A stretch of DNA of 53,087 nt from Paraspadella gotoi (GCA_051294375.1 JBJCIZ010000033.1:1-53087), one strand, 5' to 3'; shown: positions 24,830 through 35,792, counted from the stretch's first letter. Made by a program: numbers and translations. Notes: generated from the sequence alone by a model not told the origin.

Positions 24830-25702
24830 TCACTCCATTCCATCTTCAATGGCACCGCTTCCAGAAGAAGCCACGCTGGCGGATCCACTGGAGGATCCAC
24901 TGGCGGATTCGCTGGCGGGAGGAGTGTAATGACCAACGATGCAATACCTCGGATTCTCGTAATCGTAAATGCGGCCCTCGCAATTCAGATCCCCGCAGCA
25001 ATTTAAATTTTCGTCGCAAATGCCGCCCTTGGGTGCGCAGTCTCCAGCCTCTCCCTTGCCCACGGTGAGGATCAAGTGCTCGAGATAGTTGATGCTTCCC
25101 ACCAGATCCTTCTTCCCCTGTTTGGCGTGGCTCTTCAACGCGACCACGTCCGTCTCTATTTGTTTAGCTTCTTGCTTCAATCCTTTCAACTCGTTTTTGT
25201 AACCGGCGAACATCGAGACGACGCCATCTTCGATATTCTTCGTATTTGCCTCTACTTCCTGAATTGGGATCGAAAAAGGTTCACAATTCCAGCTTTGAGT
25301 CATTCGTCGTCATTTTCGTCAAAATAGAACTCACATTCCAGTCGTGATTCTGGGTAGATATGCTACCCGGGACCTGCTCCACCCTCTTCTTGTTTCCCAT
25401 TTTAAAGTGGGTCTGTTCCGGCTAAATAATAATAAGAAGAAAAAAAATGGCGGTTAAAAGAAAAATAATCTGGTTTTTGTCCACAAATACTTAACGACAA
25501 AGTTTTTGACCACAAATACTTTACGACGAATCACTCACTATTTCACAAAAAACCCCTATGGTCTCTATAACATAATCAACTGGTAAAAACGTTAAGCAAC
25601 AGTTAATCAACAGTCAACAGCAGTTATCACCTCCTTCTGTCTCATCTTGAAAGGATTCGCGGTCACCAGCGCAATCAAAGCGGCGAAAATAAAAAAATTC
25701 AT
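24830..25702 (-). CDS. Secreted precursor with a knottin/ICK-like cysteine module; exons 25702-25631, 25421-25335, 25258-24830; ~195 aa
   Basis: Exon 1 MNFFIFAALIALVTANPFKMRQKE (signal peptide-like); phase-0 GT-AG introns of 209 and 76 nt (GAG/GTGATA...TTTAG; AAT/GTGAGT...TTCAG); exon 2 contains KKR; exon 3 has C-x6-C-x5-CC-x4-C-x12-C and a Ser/Gly tail; frame open throughout. Confidence 0.85.
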
Positions 25703-25866
25703 TTTCGTCGGAAAAAAATGGTTTTGGGATTAAAGGACGAATCAAGTGTTTACGGCGAATTTAGGCGGTTGTGTATGATTGTTTAATCGTTTCTAGGCAA
25801 CGAGAGGAATTTAGAAGCTCTCCGTCGACTCGTTAGCGGCGGCTGTCGCTAAGACGAAAAATTAAG

Positions 25867-25874
25867 CTATATAT
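25867..25874 (-). promoter_or_regulatory. Candidate TATA box of the knottin-like gene
   Basis: ATATATAG on the minus strand ~165 nt upstream of the ATG. Confidence 0.4.
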
Positions 25875-26359
25875 GGTTAGGTAAGTTTTCAAGTTGGGTT
25901 ATTCAACAAAATATTAGGAGGCAAAATATTCGTTGAATTAAAGTCCGTTCTCTTCTTTAGTTGATAATTACAGGGAAAGAAAAAAAATTATTTCCATTTT
26001 TTTTACGTTGATTTCGCAAGTAGCAAAAAACGTGTTGTAAAAAATGTAATGAGATGGAAAAAAGATTAAAGAATATATTTTTGAAAACGGTTAACGAGTT
26101 CATAAGTATGACGACAAAAAGTACGGATAACTTTTCAAGATTTTAGAATACGGTCGAACTGATTACGGCGACTTTATGAAAGGGAGATTCGATTATTATA
26201 TGTATATTAGAGTGGAGCTCTCAAGAACAAAAAATTTATTTGAATGACTGATCGAACAATGATATTTAGATTGAGATAGTATGATTAACTAGTACAAAAA
26301 TATTTTGTTCATATTATCTCGGAACAGAATAGTAAAATATAATATATTTGTAGTAATAT

Positions 26360-26550
26360 CTTTTATGAAATTGGTACAACCAATATAAAAATTATCCATT
26401 CATTTAATAAATAAGTATCTTGCCCTGATTTGGACAGGTTTGGTGTTAAAGGCCTCCATCACTCTTAAAGATAATGACATAGCAGGTCCTGCAAGCTTTC
26501 AATCAAGACTCTCTCACAATCTCGTTTATTCACTCCCAGAGTACCTGGCT
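26360..26550 (+). repeat. Dispersed ~190-bp repeat (other copies ~42205-42378 minus, ~45975-46140 plus, 5' piece at 15296-15316)
   Basis: Shared GAAATT..TACAACC, AAAATTATCC, AAG(C)TATCTTGC, AAGATAATGACA and CCTGCAAGCTTTCAATCAAG blocks. Confidence 0.75.
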
Positions 26551-27217
26551 TCCTATCATGAAGTGGGAAAATAGTAAATTTTAAAAATAATTTTTAAAAA
26601 ATTTTAATAAAGATTCAGATTCTTTCATAAAAAGTTGAATCAAAAATATAAAATGTATCAAAATTCTGTCATCTTCAATGTTTTAAATAAAAAAAAGGTG
26701 AAATTCCTGATTTTTTTATTTCGTAGTAGAAACTTATACAGTACCGGTCTGGCTTTCCTTCATAAGTCCAGGGAAGCTATATCTTTCTATAATAATGAAT
26801 TGGAATGATATTGATATGCATGTGTGGGATGGAACTCCGGTATATGGTCTATTCCCATTCTTATATTTCCAAAAAAAGATTTGAAGTTTTGTTTTGAGCA
26901 ATCATTTTAACAAAATTTAATTTGCATACTCTGCTAAAATACTCTGAACGATATTTTTTTTTTCTCACTAAAAATTAATCCCCTAACATTTAACTTGTCT
27001 AATGGTAAAGTGTTAGGCTGAAAAAAATTATTTTTATTTAATTTATGAATAGTTTGCTAATAATAATAATTAGCTTATTATTTATTTTTTATTTATATAG
27101 TTCAACTTTTAATTAATTATATTAATAAGTTGATTGATAGGCAATTTTATTCCTGTAATCAAATTATATATTTTTTATTATTAACTAAATTAGTATTTTT
27201 TTTATATATTACTACCA

Positions 27218-27571
27218 TTTCAGATGGAATCAAACCAAGAATTGAATCGGTCCGCGACTCGGATGAAATCTTCCAAGGACTCGCCGGATTGGATGACATC
27301 ATCGTGGAATCAACCATGAGAAGACGCGGCTTCATGCCATCGGGAACCGAACCCATGTCGTTGATCGATTGTCGACTATAAATAGCTGACCATTTTGTAC
27401 TCATTCATATCTGTCTCAAGTTTCTGACACCGTCTTGCTCTTTGTTTCATAATTGTAAATAAATTCCACTTTGGTTCATGCTGAAATCTCTGTCTACTTA
27501 CTAAATGTGGGGCAGCGGTGGATTCGAAGCCAGGCCGCCTCCGAAGAGACTGTGTCTACTTACTTAAATTG
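27218..27571 (+). mobile_element. LTR-like body + anti-tRNA-Leu 3' half + repeated end, inserted in the left TIR
   Basis: Absent from the right TIR; CTACCA duplicated at 27212-27217 and 27572-27577; TATAAATAG near 27377, AATAAA near 27458; direct repeat 27491-27507 / 27553-27571. Confidence 0.65.
27508..27554 (-). pseudogene. 3' half of tRNA-Leu(NAG), noisy, starting at the CCA end
   Basis: TGG-GGCAGCGGTGG-ATTCGAA..CGCCTCCGAAGAGACTG-TG matches the tRNA-Leu reverse complement with a few indels. Confidence 0.8.
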
Positions 27572-28199
27572 CTACCAAAATAGAATTTTTGATAAATTAA
27601 ATTTTTTTTTAAAAAAATCATGCCAAACTATTGGGGAAATGCTACTGATTACAATATATAAATTTTTTAAAATTGGATAACCATAAACGAAATACAGACC
27701 CAAAAAAGCCCTAAAAATGCTTAAAAACACCTATTTTTTAAAACCTTTTCAAAAACTGCAATAATGCGAATTTTCAACTCAAATTTTGTAAGGTATATTA
27801 GAATTTGTAGTATTTTATTGCCTGAAAAAAATCAGGACGTAGTAATAATTTTTACCTAATTATACAGATTTAATAGGTAAGACGTCCTAAAGAAATTCAG
27901 GTAATTTTTAATTTTGCTGAGGTTGTCTAAGTTTTTCTCGTAATTTTTTTCTATTCTCTCTGTTCATTCTTCTTTTATGACCTCTCCCTTTCTTTCCTTC
28001 ATTCGCTTTCCTCTTCTCTCTCTCGTCTCTCTCTCTCCACTCTCCCTAATCTTTCTCTCTCTATCTCTATCCTTCTCTCTCTCTCTCTCTCTTTCGCTCT
28101 GTCACTTTTTTTCTTGTCAGTTGACTTTGACTCGTGAGAGACTGTGCTATGATTTAGGCTGAATTTATTTATTCTTCCTTTAAGATTTTTACCATCTGT

Positions 28200-28370
28200 A
28201 CAGGCCATCTGTTCAGGGAGTCAGACTGTCTCGTGGCTGTCCATGACCAAAACTGGTTTTCAAGAGGTATTCGAGAAGCAATTTACACAAAGCTCTCCGA
28301 GCCCTCTTTTGAACCGTTGATGGAGGACGATTCGACCTCCCTCCAAGTTATTATATGCTTATCAAAAGCG
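28200..28370 (+). pseudogene. Penelope GIY-YIG endonuclease C-terminal fragment (frameshifted)
   Basis: Manual translation TGHLFRESDCLVAVHDQNWFSRGIREAIYTKLSEPS/LNR/DGGRFDLPPSY matches the Penelope-type GH.F...WF.RG..EAIY...PSLNRDGG..LP..Y pattern; two 1-nt insertions assumed. Confidence 0.8.
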
Positions 28371-29222
28371 TGGTGGAGGGCCCCGGCCGCCACCACACCC
28401 GCACAATGATTCCCCTATCTATACTCAACGAGACAGGTGGAGACCCTTGCGCCACTGCGCAGGCAATGGACAAACGATGCCTCTCACTCAGATGAAGAAC
28501 CTCAGCAATGACAGCTTCAGAGGAGGGAGAGGAGTCCGTCAGCTCCTGTCGCAAAAGCGGCAAGAAACGGAAACCGCCCCGCCTCGCCAGCAGTGCCGAG
28601 AAAGAGGGCAGCCGGCAGGCGCTATCAGGCCAAAGAGATATAAAGAGTGGCCCTGGGGATCTTTCTCCCTGGTTACAATCCCGCAATGCGGCATTTACTC
28701 TCTCTCAACCGATTGACGCGCCAATGACCCGTCACCCTTCGTGCAATGTCCTTCATTTGCATAAAAACCAAGGGGGGCCAGCTCCAATTTGAGCTGCTTT
28801 CTTAATCTTTAATTTCACTTTCCTAATCACTTATTTATCATTTTGAATACTAAACAACTTTCTTTCACATTCAATTCACATTTCACTTTCTATCCTTGCT
28901 AATCACATATTTATTCTTTAGTTATCATTGTTAAATTTCACTAACATTTACGTTTTTCAAATTATTTATATTCTCGTTGTTACATTGCACAATGTATCTT
29001 TATTATTTTATTATATCCCCTGTTGTTTCTCTCTCTCTCATTCTCATCTCTCTGCTAAACTAGTTTCACTTCTTTTTCACACTCATCAAATCTTCTCACT
29101 TCATTCCTTTCCCCACATCTGGCCACATTTCTGTCTCACCACTTTGTTGGAAAACTTTTACCCTCTCTCTCTCTCACACTCTATCTTCTGTACAAAAAAT
29201 TTTCAATATATTTCAAAAATTT

Positions 29223-29275
29223 ATAGACGCTGATGAAGGCTTGAACACTTAAACAAGCCGAAACATGTTCCGTAT
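29223..29275 (+). ncRNA. Minimal type I hammerhead ribozyme (Penelope pLTR type)
   Basis: CTGATGA 29230-29236, stem II GGCTTG/CAAGCC, GAAA 29260-29263, palindromic ACATGT stem III; one extra T before the cleavage site may be read error. Confidence 0.8.
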
Positions 29276-29454
29276 TTGAAATAAATAAGAAATCATTGCA
29301 CAATTAAAAAACTTTGATTTCTCTTAAGATTTTTTACCAAATAATTTTGATTATTTTCGTGGCCGTGTGATCCCAAAAATATTGAGACATCCTTTTCCCC
29401 GTATTTTAAAGAGGTTTTTTAAGAAAAAGGAGAATCAGGCATCTAAAGAAAAAA

Positions 29455-29485
29455 CAAGTTTGAGGCAAACAACGTCGGATCTGCA
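29455..29485 (-). mobile_element. 3' terminus of a second HINE-like copy
   Basis: Minus strand GCAGATCCGACGTTGTTTGCCTCAAACTTGTT matches 31557-31589. Confidence 0.6.
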
Positions 29486-29599
29486 ATCTGCATACTGAAG
29501 GAGACAGCGATAATTGTTTTATGTGTTAATGACCAGAACCATTCAATATATAAGCAAGTCCTGAGCTTTCGGATCGGCTGTAACACCATGTACATCCCT

Positions 29600-29690
29600 C
29601 TTAACTGCTAAGCGACCACCGCGGGCTTGAAATCCCTGACTCTTTGGGGTTGGGAGGGCAAATGACTTGCCTCCGGCACCAATGGTCGCT
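29600..29690 (-). mobile_element. Possible tRNA-derived SINE head
   Basis: Minus strand has an A-box-like TGGTGCCGGAGG and a B-box-like GGATTTCAAGCCC at tRNA-like spacing. Confidence 0.3.
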
Positions 29691-29891
29691 GATGACTGTT
29701 GGAGATTTTTAGTCCTACCATGATAACGAAAACTAATCTGCTGTAAATTCACGATAAATTCTTTCTGACTTTCAATTTGTGATCTAAACAGATCATAAAA
29801 TATAACAAATCATGGACAGACTTTTTTTATAAATTTATGGAAATATCTATATTATCAATGATCAATCAATACCAGTTTGTTGCGCCCAATA

Positions 29892-30142
29892 CCAACTTGC
29901 ATAATTTGGTCAATTGCGTAATTTTGTCAACTAGAATAATTTAGTCAACTAGAATAATTTAGTCACCGGAATAATGTGGTTAATTTGCATAATTTGGTCA
30001 AACTTGCCAATAATTTGGTCAACTTGCATAATTTGGTCAACTTGGGCATAATTCGGTCAACTTACATAATTTGGTCAACTAGCAATAATTTGGTCAACTT
30101 GCATAATTCATGTAAAACTTTGCATAATTTGGTAAACTTGCC
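29892..30142. repeat. 18-bp tandem repeat (CAACTTGCATAATTTGGT), ~13 copies
   Basis: Visible directly; gives the LVNLHN ORF. Confidence 0.9.
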
Positions 30143-30573
30143 AAAGTCGCCGCCAAGTCAAAGACAGGCCATCTTCTCCAACTTCAGTTCATACACAGAA
30201 CATTACATGAAATATAGCTACATATACTTTGTGATTCATGACCGTAAGTTTGCGTGGTCAATGTGAACACACTTGTACACAAGTAAGAAACATGCAACAA
30301 GAGAATAGTTTATGTCTTACCAGTTTGCCAAAGTAATTAACTTAAATAACTTTCTTAGCCCTTGTATTTCAAGACACCATTCTTTATCGTTTAGTACTTG
30401 CGGCGGAATCTAAAAAAATCTCTAACTATGCATATTAAAAGAGAAAGAAAAATTAAAAATTTGTGTCAGCCTATATAAACATGTTTGTAACAATATATAT
30501 TTTTATTTATTTTGGCTTGGCCGGGCCCAGGGCTTATTTTACCAGCTAATCTAGGCGCTTCTGGCTCATGGTG

Positions 30574-31589
30574 TTTTTAGTCGGATCTGCTTATTAAGCA
30601 GATCCCGACTCTATAATTCACGTTTGGTCGTTCCGTCGGTCCTGCCCTCTCAATATTGTCGGGCATTCACTTGTATCATGTTTAGAAACATTGAATTATG
30701 ATAAATTATGGTTAGTAGCAACACTGATGAACGGCTGAACAAGAGCCCGAAACATGTCATGTTTATGTCAAATAAAAAATCGTTGTAGTACAAAACTCTA
30801 AACTTTGTCGGATATAAAATTATGGAAAAAAAAACGATGTTCGTCCGTCCGTCTGTCTGTCTGTCTGTCCGTTCCATGCCCACCTTATGCAAAAAACTCT
30901 AATTGCGCTCGTGATTGCGATGGTGGATTGGAAAGAAATTTTAGCTTGTGGGTAGGGAAGGTATTGGTGATTAAGCTGGATATGGAAAGTTTCCATGGAA
31001 TCGTGCGGAGTGGAAATGAGTTTTAATGGAAAAACCAAAAAATATATTTACACTGTTTGACATCTATTACTCATGAGTGGACTGGGCGATTGACTTGAAA
31101 TTTTTATGATGTGTAGGAAAGTGTGTAATTAAGCTGGAAATCAGGTTTCGGTGGAATCGTTCTTCATGGAAATGAGTTTTAAAAGTGGAAAAAAAAAAAA
31201 ACCGTTCACTAATTCTTAATAAATTTAAATGCAAGAAGTATTGAAATAATTATCAGTTAATAACAATTAATATATAACATATAAGGTGAAACGAGATAAT
31301 ATTAATCAATAGTAATATAAAATTAAGTTTGACAATGATGAGTGAATAAGTCATAATGCCGACATGGTTATATCAATAATTATTCATTAAATAAATTCAT
31401 TTAGTTATCTATTAATTAATTATTCAATAATTCATTTATTATATAAATGAATTAATTAATTTATCAATCAATAAAATTATTTAATTACTTAATTAATATT
31501 ATTATTTTAGTTTAATAGTTTGTATTAATTAATTAATTACCGCTAAATGATCGTGAGCAGATCCGACATTGTTTGCTCAATAACTTGTT
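30574..31589 (+). mobile_element. Helentron-associated (HINE/DINE-1-like) element
   Basis: 5' T-run + palindrome AGTCGGATCTGCTTA-T-TAAGCAGATC(C)CGACT (30579-30610), (GTCY)n 30843-30871, 3' subterminal repeat AGCAGATCCGAC (31556-31567), small hairpin and CTTGTT end. Confidence 0.7.
30720..30763 (+). ncRNA. Minimal type I hammerhead ribozyme in a ~150-bp Penelope-like 3' remnant (~30663-30805)
   Basis: AACA-CTGATGA (30724-30730), stem II GGCT/AGCC, GAAACATGTC (30749-30758), TGTT, AATAAA at 30771; TTGTCGG repeated on both sides of the remnant. Confidence 0.75.
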
Positions 31590-33231
31590 CAATTGAACGT
31601 ATGCACTGATCTACTATACCTGCCCACTTCCGGGCCAATTCTGTTATTGGAACCATAATAAGTAATATGATATTCCTCGCGATTAAAATTCAGCACCTTT
31701 CTATCATTTTATTTAAAGAGAGATGAGATTGAAGGAAAGAAAGGGTGGAGAGATAATAATAAGAGAAGAAACTAAGAATATAAAAAAAATACAGAGAAAA
31801 CCGAAGGACGAACAATCAGCAAATATAAATTAGCGTGAATTTTTTTTAGCAATGTCTCTGCTATTAATCTGTTTATAATTTAGGTAAAAATTATAACTAA
31901 CTACGTCCTTTGGATTTTTTCAGCTAATAATAATACTTACTAATTCATAGATATACCTTACAAAATTTGAGTTGAAAATTGCAATGTATTGCAGTTTTTA
32001 TAAATGGTTTAAAAAATAGGTGTTTTTGACCATTTTTAGGCTTTTTTGAGGTCTGTTTTTTCAGGGTTATCCAAATTATTAAAAATAGTATAATTGTAAT
32101 CTAGTACATTTCACCCATAGTTTGGCATAAATTTTTTAAACAAAAATATTATTTATCAAAAAATCTTATAGTCTTATGTAGTAATTATATAAAAAAATAC
32201 GTATTTAGTTAACTAATAAAAAAAATTATAATTTGATTACAGGAATTAAAATTGCCTATCATTCAACTATTTAATTGGGTATAAATAAAAAGTTGAACTA
32301 ATGAAATAAAAAATAATAATACTATATTTTATGTAATTAAGGACTCATGCATAAATAAATAAATAATTTTGTTTTTTTCAGCCTAACACTTTACCATTAG
32401 ACCAAAGTTAATGTTAAGATTAATTTTTAGTGAGAAAAAAAATATACTCTTCATAGGTAATTTTCAGACGCGATATGGCAAATTATAAATTTTTGTTTTT
32501 AAAAATGATCTCAAAACAAAACTTTCAAAAATTTTTTTTGGAAATATAGACATTGGGGAATATGACCATACCGAGTTCCATTCCCAACTAATCATTGATC
32601 AAAGTTCATTGACCATTCATTATTATAGAAGATATAGCTTCTCTGGGACTTATGAAGGAAAGCCAAGACCAAAAAAAGGTATGGTGATACTGTTAAAACT
32701 TTTTTAGTCATTTTTTGTGAGGTCTAAACATGTAAAATATCATTACTAACATATTTTATAAAAGTTTCTTAGTTTTTTACAGCGAATCCAAATCAGTTCT
32801 TAAAGAATAAAAAAAAATTATTTTAAAATTTGGACGATGTTTTGTAAGGATATTACATATAAATATTGGAATTTGCTATACTGTTTATGCTAAAAAATTA
32901 TTTAAAAGAAATTATAAAATTATCATTAATATATGTGCCATAGCTAGCTCAGAAAAAGATAATGTTGTCACTCAATCTTTTCATCACTCCACCCTAATGT
33001 ATATTTAAAGAAAAGCATTAAAGAAATAATATATTATTAGTAGCCGATAAATTGACTGTCGTAACGAGTGAAAGACTGACTAAAGGCAAAAGAGCTAAGA
33101 GCAAAAGTGGAGGGATGAGGGATAATTGGAAATATTAAAGCTAAAGGTTGATTGCCGAAAAAAGGTTTTTTTTTCGGATAAAATTCTCTTGTGAACAAAA
33201 AACTGAAAGGAAATCTGAAACCCGGAGGCTG

Positions 33232-33290
<59 letters not shown>

Positions 33291-33589
33291 TTATCAGATG
33301 AAGAAGTGAATTGGGAACCAAGAAATAGAAAATGGGATGAGAAAAGTCATGAATGAATGAAAGACAGAAAAAATAAAAGAAAGAAAGAAAGAATGAACGA
33401 CAGAAAAATAGACAGAAAAAAAAGAATAGAAGATAGATAGAAAGACAAAAAGAAAAGAAAGGAGAAAGAAAGAATAAGAAAAGAGAAAAAAAAAATCTTT
33501 CGCAATCTCTGTTACCAGTTCCTCCTTCCTTCCTTTTTTTGACTCAAAACGGATTCAATTTGGAAAATCTCTCTCTCTCCCCGGCAGGT

Positions 33590-35739
33590 AAGGATGAAGG
33601 AGGAAGATGAGGAGGCGAAAGAAGAGAATCTCTTTGACAGCAGAGACGAGATGAAAGATACATTTGCGTTGACTCGTTGGGGATTTGTCAGACGGAGGAG
33701 GAGAAAAGGAGAGGAAAGAGGGAGAAACAGAGGGAGGAGGAGGAAAGAGGGAGACGGGGAGAAAAGAGGGAGAACAGAAGGGAGGAGGAGGAGAAGTGGA
33801 GAAACAGACGGAGGAGGAGGAAGAGGGGAGAGGGGAGAACAGAGGTAGAGACGGTGCAGAGAAGAGGGAAGCGTATAGAAAGGAAAATAAAAGAAAAAAA
33901 TAAACTTTTTCTGTTCGAATAAAGAAAGAAAAAGAATAAAAATATTCTTTCAGGAAAATGAAAAAAAAAGAAAATAAAAAAGAGGAAATGAAAAATGATA
34001 AGAAAAGAAAATATCAAAAGCACAAAAAAATATTAATTTCTTTCATGACGATAAATTTCTGCGGATCAACAACTGAATCAGGGTAGGAAGGAGTTGGAGA
34101 TCAGGGCAAAATAAGGTAAAGGAAAATGAATGTAAAGATGAAATTCATTTCGATTCAAATTTCTGGAATCAAAACTAATTTCGCTTAAAAAAGATGAAAG
34201 AGAATAAAAAGAAGATTTTTGTTTTTTTTTTTTAAATCGATTAATTTTTTTTTTGTTTTTCCCGCTTTATTGTTCATTAAACGCGCTTTAAGTCTTGTTT
34301 TTGAAAATCTTAAAACGTACAGTGATGTTACTGAAATTGGTAAGACCAATATATTTGTGGACATTAAGGATAAATATTATTTCTAGTTAATTTAGCCAGA
34401 TCTAAATCTTGTTGGTTTTAGTTATGGTATATGATGGGCTCAAGTTGTTTTACGATCATTTTGTTTTTTTAAAGGATTTACTGATGATTTCATCTCCTTA
34501 CGCCTTTAACCTCATCGCTCTTACACCTTCGTTAACCAACATTCCACCAATCAGATGTTTCTCTCTCAACAAGTTTTTTTAATTCTCTGCAAATGTAATG
34601 AGTACACTTGAATACAAAATTAATAATCAAAAAAAAACAAATTAATGCTTCTAGCCACAATGGTGAGCCCGAGTGATTCTGAACACGCAACTTTTGATGT
34701 GGAAGGATGGTTGTCGACGGCGTTAATTGTGTCCTCTTGCCTCGAGTCGTCTCGAGGGTGTTGTTGAATTCTCTGTCCAGCGTTGCTGATTAAGCGACGA
34801 CGATCTGTCCGGAGCTTCATTTTGCGAGTGCACACGTCAGCTATTCGACAGCGAAGTCACAACTCGAGACCGACTCCGAGGAAGAGACACAATAACGCCG
34901 TCGAAACATCCTCGAAGAATCGACCGGCGCAAAGGCGCCCCCTCCACATCAGAGGTTTATTATCCTAATTGTCCACATATTATTTATAAACGATAAAGTA
35001 TGCTGAAGAGTATCAAACTCCAGATAATCAAGCAAAGGCAATATCGGATTAGAGGATCAGGCATCGTAGCAGGAATGGAGTCGCCGAAATTCTTTTGGTC
35101 GCCAATGGAACTGGCATTCGACCAATCAGAGTGTAAGGCATAACGGAACTGCATACAAGCTCCCTTATTTTAAATAGACCTACGCGTGTCCTAGTATTTG
35201 GGTAGCTTTGATCAAATAACCCCGTTAACTTTAAATCTCAAAAATCTAAATCTCACTGATATATTTCGTCCAGATAGATGACACATGAGTTTTTATCTTG
35301 AATGTAGTAGAGCAGGGAAAGATTCAACCCACGCTTCGAATAGACTGGTGGAGTTTTCCATGAATCTACCAATCATGAGTTTTTCTTAAAATGAATTCAT
35401 TTTTATTATTTTCTTAAATAATTTTTTCTGTCGGCTTTATCACTAAAAGATTTTGATACAAGCTTTTTCAACTTTAAAAATAAAGTAATTTCCATGATTT
35501 ATTGAACTTTTTTCAACGTTATTTTCTTTAATAGCAATCAATTCTAGCTGTCGACTCTCACAAGCTTCATGTGACGTCCGATGAAAATAGCGAATATTTA
35601 TAGTTATATTTAATATTTATATTTTTATATTTTATATTATCACCCATTGATATGAGTCATATTATTATCATAAGTGTCTTATGAAAAAATTAATTATTTT
35701 GACGTCAGTTGACAAGAGAGATGAGAGAGAGAACGAGAG

Positions 35740-35792
<53 letters not shown>

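Larger units (their letters stand above)
28195..29323 (+). mobile_element. 5'-truncated Penelope-like retroelement
   Basis: GIY-YIG C-terminal coding remnant, 3' region, hammerhead and AATAAA; flanked by TTAAGATTTTT(T)ACCA at 28180-28194 and 29324-29339. Confidence 0.8.
26739..32692. mobile_element. ~5.95-kb non-autonomous DNA transposon with ~950-bp terminal inverted repeats (CAGTA...TACTG; Tc1/mariner-like or foldback)
   Basis: 26739-~28020 (minus a 350-bp insert) is the inverted counterpart of ~31715-32692; preceded by TA; the flanks are joined without it at 40504-40540. Confidence 0.8.

Noticed and set aside
29689-29737. CTGATGA...GAAA hammerhead candidate
   Set aside because: No convincing stem II and no stem III or cleavage triplet like the other copies.
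26739-32692. Long inverted arms as a missed-adapter long-read palindrome
   Set aside because: The 3.7-kb centre is not palindromic and one arm carries a TSD-flanked insert, which fits a real TIR element.
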